From Balanoglossus misakiensis (taxonomy: Eukaryota; Animalia; Hemichordata), in assembly GCA_040954595.2 (NCBI GenBank), contig CM082580.2, positions 14,336,389 to 14,400,388 on the forward strand: a stretch of DNA of 64,000 bases, written 5' to 3'. The notes beneath the pieces were generated by a model that ran no database searches, was not told where the DNA came from, and saw only the letters and a list, made by a program, of their open reading frames with translations. The translations under genes and the position numbers were made by a program. Within the stretch, counting starts at the first letter, position 1; the number at the start of each line of letters is the position of its first letter. Shown in pieces: positions 61,801 through 64,000 of this stretch.

Positions 61801-64000
61801 TTTTGAAAAATTCATGGGTTATAGCTCAGGAAAATCGTCAAAAATCGAAGATTTTTCGAGTTTGCGAATTTTCAAAATTTGCTCATTTTTTGAAAAAATC
61901 ATGGGTTATAGCTCAGGAAAATCGTCAAAAATCGAAGATTTTTCGAGTTTGCGAATTTTCAAAATTTGCTCATTTTTTGAAAAAATCATGGGTTATAGCT
62001 CAGGAAAATCGTCAAAAATCGAAGATTTTTCGAGTTTGCGAATTTTCAAAATTTGCTCATTTTTTGAAAAAATCATGGGTTATAGCTCAGGAAAATCGTT
62101 AAAAATCGAAGATTTTTCGAGTTTGCGAATTTTCAAAATTTGCTCATTTTTTGAAAAAATCATGGGTTATAGCTCAGGAAAATCGTCAAAAATCGAAGAT
62201 TTTTCGAGTTTGCGAATTTTCAAAATTTGCTCATTTTTTGAAAAAATCATGGGTTATAGCTCAGGAAAATCGTCAAAAATCGAAGATTTTTCGAGTTTGC
62301 GAATTTTCAAAATTTGCTCATTTTTTGAAAAAATCATGGGTTATAGCTCAGGAAAATCGTCAAAAATCGAAGATTTTTCGAGTTTGCGAATTTTCAAAAT
62401 TTGCTCATTTTTTGAAAAAATCATGGGTTATAGCTCAGGAAAATCGTCAAAAATCGAAGATTTTTCGAGTTTGCGAATTTTCAAAATTTGCTCATTTTTT
62501 GAAAAAATCATGGGTTATAGCTCAGGAAAATCGTCAAAAATCGAAGATTTTTCGAGTTTGCGAATTTTCAAAATTTGCTCATTTTTTGAAAAAATCATGG
62601 GTTATAGCTCAGGAAAATCGTCAAAAATCGAAGATTTTTCGAGTTTGCGAATTTTTAAAATTTGCTCATTTTTTGAAAAAATCATGGGTTATAGCTCAGG
62701 AAAATCTTCAAAAATCGAAGATTTTTCGAGTTTGCGAATTTTCAAAATTTGCTCATTTTTTGAAAAAATCATGGGTTATAGCTCAGGAAAATCGTCAAAA
62801 ATCAAAGATTTTTTCGACTTTGCGAATTTTCAAAATTTGCTCATTTTTTGGAAAAATCGTGGGTTATAGCTCAGGAAAATCGCCAAAAATCGAAGATTTT
62901 TCGACTTTGCGAATTTTCAAAATTTGCTCATTTTATGAAAAAAATCGTGGGTTATAGCTCAGGAAAATCGTCAAAAATCGAAGATTTTTCGACTTTGCGA
63001 ATTTTCAAAATTTGCTCATTTTTTGAAAAAATCATGGGTTATAGCTCAGGAAAATCGTCAAAAATCGAAGATTTTTCGACTTTGCGAATTTTCAAAATTT
63101 GCTCATTTTTTGAAAAAATCATGGGTTATAGCTCAGGAAAATCGTCAAAAATCGAAGATTTTTCGAGTTTGCGAATTTTCTAAATTTGCTCATTTTTTGA
63201 AAAAATCATGGGTTATAGCTCAGGAAAATCGTCAAAAATCGAAGATTTTTCGACTTTGCGAATTTTCTAAATTTGCTCATTTTTTGAAAAAATCATGGGT
63301 TATAGCTCAGGAAAATCGTCAAAAATCGAAGATTTTTCGAGTTTGCGAATTTTCAAAATTTGCTCATTTTTTGAAAAAATCATGGGTTATAGCTCAGGAA
63401 AATCGTCAAAAATCGAAGATTTTTCGAGTTTGCGAATTTTCAAAATTTGCTCATTTTTTGAAAAAATCATGGGTTATAGCTCAGGAAAATCGTCAAAAAT
63501 CGAAGATTTTTCGAGTTTGCGAATTTTCAAAATTTGCTCATTTTTTGAAAAAATCATGGGTTATAGCTCAGGAAAATCGTCAAAAATCGAAGATTTTTCG
63601 ACTTTGCGAATTTTCAAAATTTGCTCATTTTGTGAAAAAATCATGGGTTATAGCTCAGGAAAATCGTCAAAAATCGAAGATTTTTCGACTTTGCGAATTT
63701 TCAAAATTTGCTCATTTTTTGAAAAAATCATGGGTTATAGCTCAGGAAAATCGTCAAAAATCGAAGATTTTTCGAGTTTGCGAATTTTCTAAATTTGCTC
63801 ATTTTTTGAAAAAATCATGGGTTATAGCTCAGGAAAATCGTCAAAAATCGAAGATTTTTCGACTTTGCGAATTTTCTAAATTTGCTCATTTTTTGAAAAA
63901 ATCATGGGTTATAGCTCAGGAAAATCGTCAAAAATCGAAGATTTTTCGAGTTTGCGAATTTTCAAAATTTGCTCATTTTTTGAAAAAATCATGGGTTATA
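58826..64000 (-). repeat. Main satellite arm 2: about 59 monomers in reverse-complement orientation
   Basis: Units read CATGGGTTATAGCTCAGGAAAATCGTC...; the ORF track flips from the - to the + strand here. Confidence 0.98.

Larger units (their letters stand above)
42836..64000. repeat. 87-bp tandem satellite array, more than 21 kb, roughly 240 monomers, continues past the window end
   Basis: Consensus GAGCTATAACCCATGATTTTTTCAAAAAATGA(G/C)CAAATTTTGAAAATTCGCAAA(C/G)TCGAAAAATCTTCGATTTTTGACGATTTTCCT; 29-aa periodicity in the ORF track. Confidence 0.99.

Noticed and set aside
43751-63792. Giant ORFs (3254, 2643, 1283, 1267, 948 aa and others) as protein-coding genes
   Set aside because: They are translations of an 87-bp satellite whose length is a multiple of 3. 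Overlapping frames are open at once, they flip strand at the inversion and shift frame at indels, and there are no unique domains.
42836-64000. CRISPR array or tRNA/5S tandem cluster
   Set aside because: No unique spacers, no cas genes and a spliceosomal-intron context. No cloverleaf or A/B-box pattern that I can recognise in the monomer.

Overview
Animal (invertebrate-type) genomic DNA in two parts. Bases 1-42.8 kb are AT-rich and intron-rich. They carry one spliced + strand gene that I assembled by hand from 11 GT-AG coding exons with consistent phases (22635-40367, 1449 nt, 482 aa). It encodes a class B1 (secretin-family) GPCR whose TM4-TM6 motifs are most like pigment-dispersing factor receptors (PDFR). 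The predicted protein has no signal peptide, an altered WD motif and a C-terminal PDZ-type ligand. About 22 kb of non-coding upstream DNA holds microsatellites and scattered CRE and X-box palindromes. Bases 42.84-64 kb are a >21 kb array of an 87-bp A/T-tract satellite (roughly 240 monomers, running off the window). The array has diverged 87-89 bp subfamilies at its gene-proximal edge, three orientation switches (about 43276, 43758 and 58826) that each fall on self-complementary or shared motifs of the monomer, and internal block duplications of 23, 41, 10 and about 46 monomers. The giant ORFs in the track come from the 87-bp (29-codon) period. No rRNA, tRNA, CRISPR or intact transposon could be supported.
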